DNA of 44,421 nt, taken from IMG/VR virus record IMGVR_UViG_3300032212_000031, positions 1 to 44,421 of that record; one strand, 5' to 3'. A model generated the notes under the pieces. That model saw only the letters and a list, made by a program, of their open reading frames with translations, had not been told where the DNA came from and searched no databases. Below are positions 42,600-44,421 of this stretch, piece after piece. This DNA comes from a virus. Its lineage: Duplodnaviria > Caudoviricetes. Position 1 is the first letter of the stretch; the number at the start of each line of letters is the position of its first letter. Position numbers and translations under genes: made by a program.

Positions 42600-42811
42600 C
42601 CCGCCACCCCATCGACGGAAACGCCATTGCGGCGGATGCGCATTACGACAGGCCCGAGGTCGGGACCGAACCGGGCGATGCCTGCGGACGCTGGCAAGAG
42701 CCGGATGAGGACTGCCCGAAGCCGTGGCAGTGCAAGGGCGCGATGTTCATTGCCGGGAATGAAACAGATGACTGCTGGATCGCCTGCGACACCTGCGGGG
42801 AGATTGCGTGA
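42596..42811 (+). CDS. Small Cys-containing Zn-ribbon protein
   Basis: C.G.M...CxxCG pattern; ATGA coupling. Confidence 0.6.
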   Translation: MTRHPIDGNAIAADAHYDRPEVGTEPGDACGRWQEPDEDCPKPWQCKGAMFIAGNETDDCWIACDTCGEIA

Positions 42812-43062
42812 TGGGCCTCTGCCGTGACATTGAAAATCCGCACATATCGGCACGCTCGACAAATGGGCGCAGACTATGGACCTGCGATGCACCATCTTGT
42901 GACGTGCGCCTGGTTCCGTGGTCGCGTGAATGGCAGTGGTATGGCTCAATTAAGGAATGGGACAACGATCCGTTTTCAGTCTTTGCGATTTGCTCTGATG
43001 CCTGCCGTGATGAGTTTGACGAAGCGATCCAGACAAAACAAATAGAACCGAGGGACATGTGA
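42808..43062 (+). CDS. Zn-binding hypothetical protein
   Basis: CDAPSC...W..EW.WYGS...CS..C. Confidence 0.6.
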   Translation: MMGLCRDIENPHISARSTNGRRLWTCDAPSCDVRLVPWSREWQWYGSIKEWDNDPFSVFAICSDACRDEFDEAIQTKQIEPRDM

Positions 43063-43262
43063 TGAAATCCAACATCTATGACATAGAGGTGCAATTCCAG
43101 CACCAGACCGAAGCCGCGGTTTGCGTCCGCGAGACCGAGGACGGCGACGACATATGGATGCCGAAAAGCCGCTGCGAGATTTATCCGCAGACGCCCGTGC
43201 GCGGGCAGTTTGTGACGCTCACGAGCGACGAGGCAACACTGACAGAGAAAGGACTTGTTTGA
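43059..43262 (+). CDS. Small beta-barrel phage protein
   Basis: T..AV.V....W.PKS...EKGL pattern. Confidence 0.7.
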   Translation: MMKSNIYDIEVQFQHQTEAAVCVRETEDGDDIWMPKSRCEIYPQTPVRGQFVTLTSDEATLTEKGLV

Positions 43263-43687
43263 TGGCGACCAAGGCAGACAAGCGCCGCATTGAGGCGGCA
43301 GTTAAGCGACACCGGGATGCGCAGACACGCCTGGCGCGCACATACGAAGCGCAGCGCGCCGCCCATGAGGCCGTCACGCGGAAGCACTCGCCTAAGCTAT
43401 GGGAGGCCAAGAAGAAATGCTACGCCGCGCACGCAGCCGTGACGACAGCCGAACTGGCGTCCCACGGTATTACCCCCATGCAGACGATCATCCTATACAA
43501 CCCGCGATATACCGGGGTCACGTCGCAAAAGCGTTATGTGGTGCGCATCAAGCGTGAAGGATACCCCGAACTTTTGCCGGTTGGCGTTAAGGGCCGCTTG
43601 CTCGCCGGTCGCAATCCTGTTTTGCGACCATACGACTGGTCGAGGGTGACAGTGACGGACGAAATTTTGAAGGAGCAACCCCAATGA
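43262..43687 (+). CDS. Hypothetical basic protein (MATKADKRR...)
   Basis: AAGGA RBS; TGATG coupling. Confidence 0.6.
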   Translation: MATKADKRRIEAAVKRHRDAQTRLARTYEAQRAAHEAVTRKHSPKLWEAKKKCYAAHAAVTTAELASHGITPMQTIILYNPRYTGVTSQKRYVVRIKREGYPELLPVGVKGRLLAGRNPVLRPYDWSRVTVTDEILKEQPQ

Positions 43688-44007
43688 CCCCCACCCCCGA
43701 AGAAGCCCGCGCGCTGGTTGTAAGGCTGTGCCTAGTGGAAGTCGCACGACTAGAAGCTGACCTCATGGACGAAGCCGCCGCCGCCCTTACCGCCGCGCTG
43801 GACGAGATAGCCATCCTACGCACCGAGAAACACGCCGATGCAGAGGCTATTGGATCGTTGCGGGCTGAGAACGAACGGCTGCGCGAAGCCATAGACTACT
43901 ATGAAATAGGAGTTTGCGCCGTCGCCGTCCCCCACGAGGGCGAGCGTAAGGTCTTGCATGACTCCGTGAAAGCCGCCCGCGAAGCCCTGAAAGGAGGCGA
44001 CCAATGA
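43684..44007 (+). CDS. Hypothetical coiled-coil protein (ead/ea22-like region)
   Basis: AAGGAG RBS; LRAENERLREA...AREAL. Confidence 0.65.
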   Translation: MTPTPEEARALVVRLCLVEVARLEADLMDEAAAALTAALDEIAILRTEKHADAEAIGSLRAENERLREAIDYYEIGVCAVAVPHEGERKVLHDSVKAAREALKGGDQ

Positions 44008-44321
44008 CCGAGATAGACACGAGCCGGGAGCGTGTTCAGATGCTCTCAAACCTTAGCGCCGCCCTGTCAAAGGAAATGGACGGGTGGACCAGCATAGGGA
44101 GCGACAGAGAGAACAGGGTTATTCGGTCCAACTCAGACATGCTTGAAGAAACTGGCCTCGTCCTCCGCGCCCTTCTAGACCGCGCAGAGAAAGCCGAGGC
44201 CGAGCGCGACAAGGCATGGAACGCAGCGATTGAGGCTGCGGTGAACGCCGTCAACGGATGTGATCGCATCAGCGAAGCACAACCGGCAATCCGCGCCCTG
44301 CGGAAAGGAGACGGCCAATGA
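44004..44321 (+). CDS. Hypothetical early protein, paralog of 193-501
   Basis: AAGGAGG RBS; shared peptide blocks. Confidence 0.7.
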   Translation: MTEIDTSRERVQMLSNLSAALSKEMDGWTSIGSDRENRVIRSNSDMLEETGLVLRALLDRAEKAEAERDKAWNAAIEAAVNAVNGCDRISEAQPAIRALRKGDGQ

Positions 44322-44421
44322 CCGAGACGCCAGACAAAAAGCCGAAGCCATGCACGATCTGCAATGGACGTGGCTACATCCGCTGCGATTGCTGGCCGGA
44401 AGCCTGCATTTGCGGATGGGA
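44311..44421. repeat. Terminal overlap, identical to 1-111
   Basis: Exact match. Confidence 0.95.

Noticed and set aside
44311-44421. 111-bp repeat as biological terminal repeat or att site
   Set aside because: It starts at an arbitrary point in the early array and is exactly what a circular assembly overlap gives; no integrase is present
1-44421. CRISPR array, DGR/retron reverse transcriptase, intron, intein or IS element
   Set aside because: No regularly spaced repeats, RT or transposase motifs, or interrupted core genes were seen by eye

Overview
The window is an apparently complete, circularly permuted genome (44,310 bp unique; bases 1-111 repeat exactly at 44311-44421) of a tailed siphovirus-type phage. 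The host is probably an alphaproteobacterium (Rhodobacteraceae-type SSB and GTA-like TerL; inference). The layout is lambdoid. A + strand early arm of about 22 mostly small, mostly translationally coupled genes (39803-44321, continuing 8-2896) includes a C5-type methyltransferase, a Lar-like protein and a lipoprotein. A long - strand arm runs from a Cro-like gene (39616) through recombination/replication genes (DUF2303, ERF, NinB, two N6/N4 DNA methyltransferases, DUF1376 initiator, DnaA-C HTH, DUF550, SSB, HNH), a tRNA-Asn, and the packaging, head, tail and lysis genes, ending in a metallophosphoesterase and a terminator near 2880. No integrase, partition genes or CI repressor are recognisable. 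The best candidate for an undescribed system is a three-gene cassette (GT-A glycosyltransferase, SAM methyltransferase, GT42/Maf-like transferase) embedded between the head-tail connector genes, suggesting virion glycosylation. Other notable signals are a pseudoknotted RNA directly after the tRNA, cis-RNA structures before tail genes, a CI-less divergent promoter pair, a poly-Cys methyltransferase and two exported ClpP-fold proteins. All family calls come from motif recognition by eye; no searches were run.
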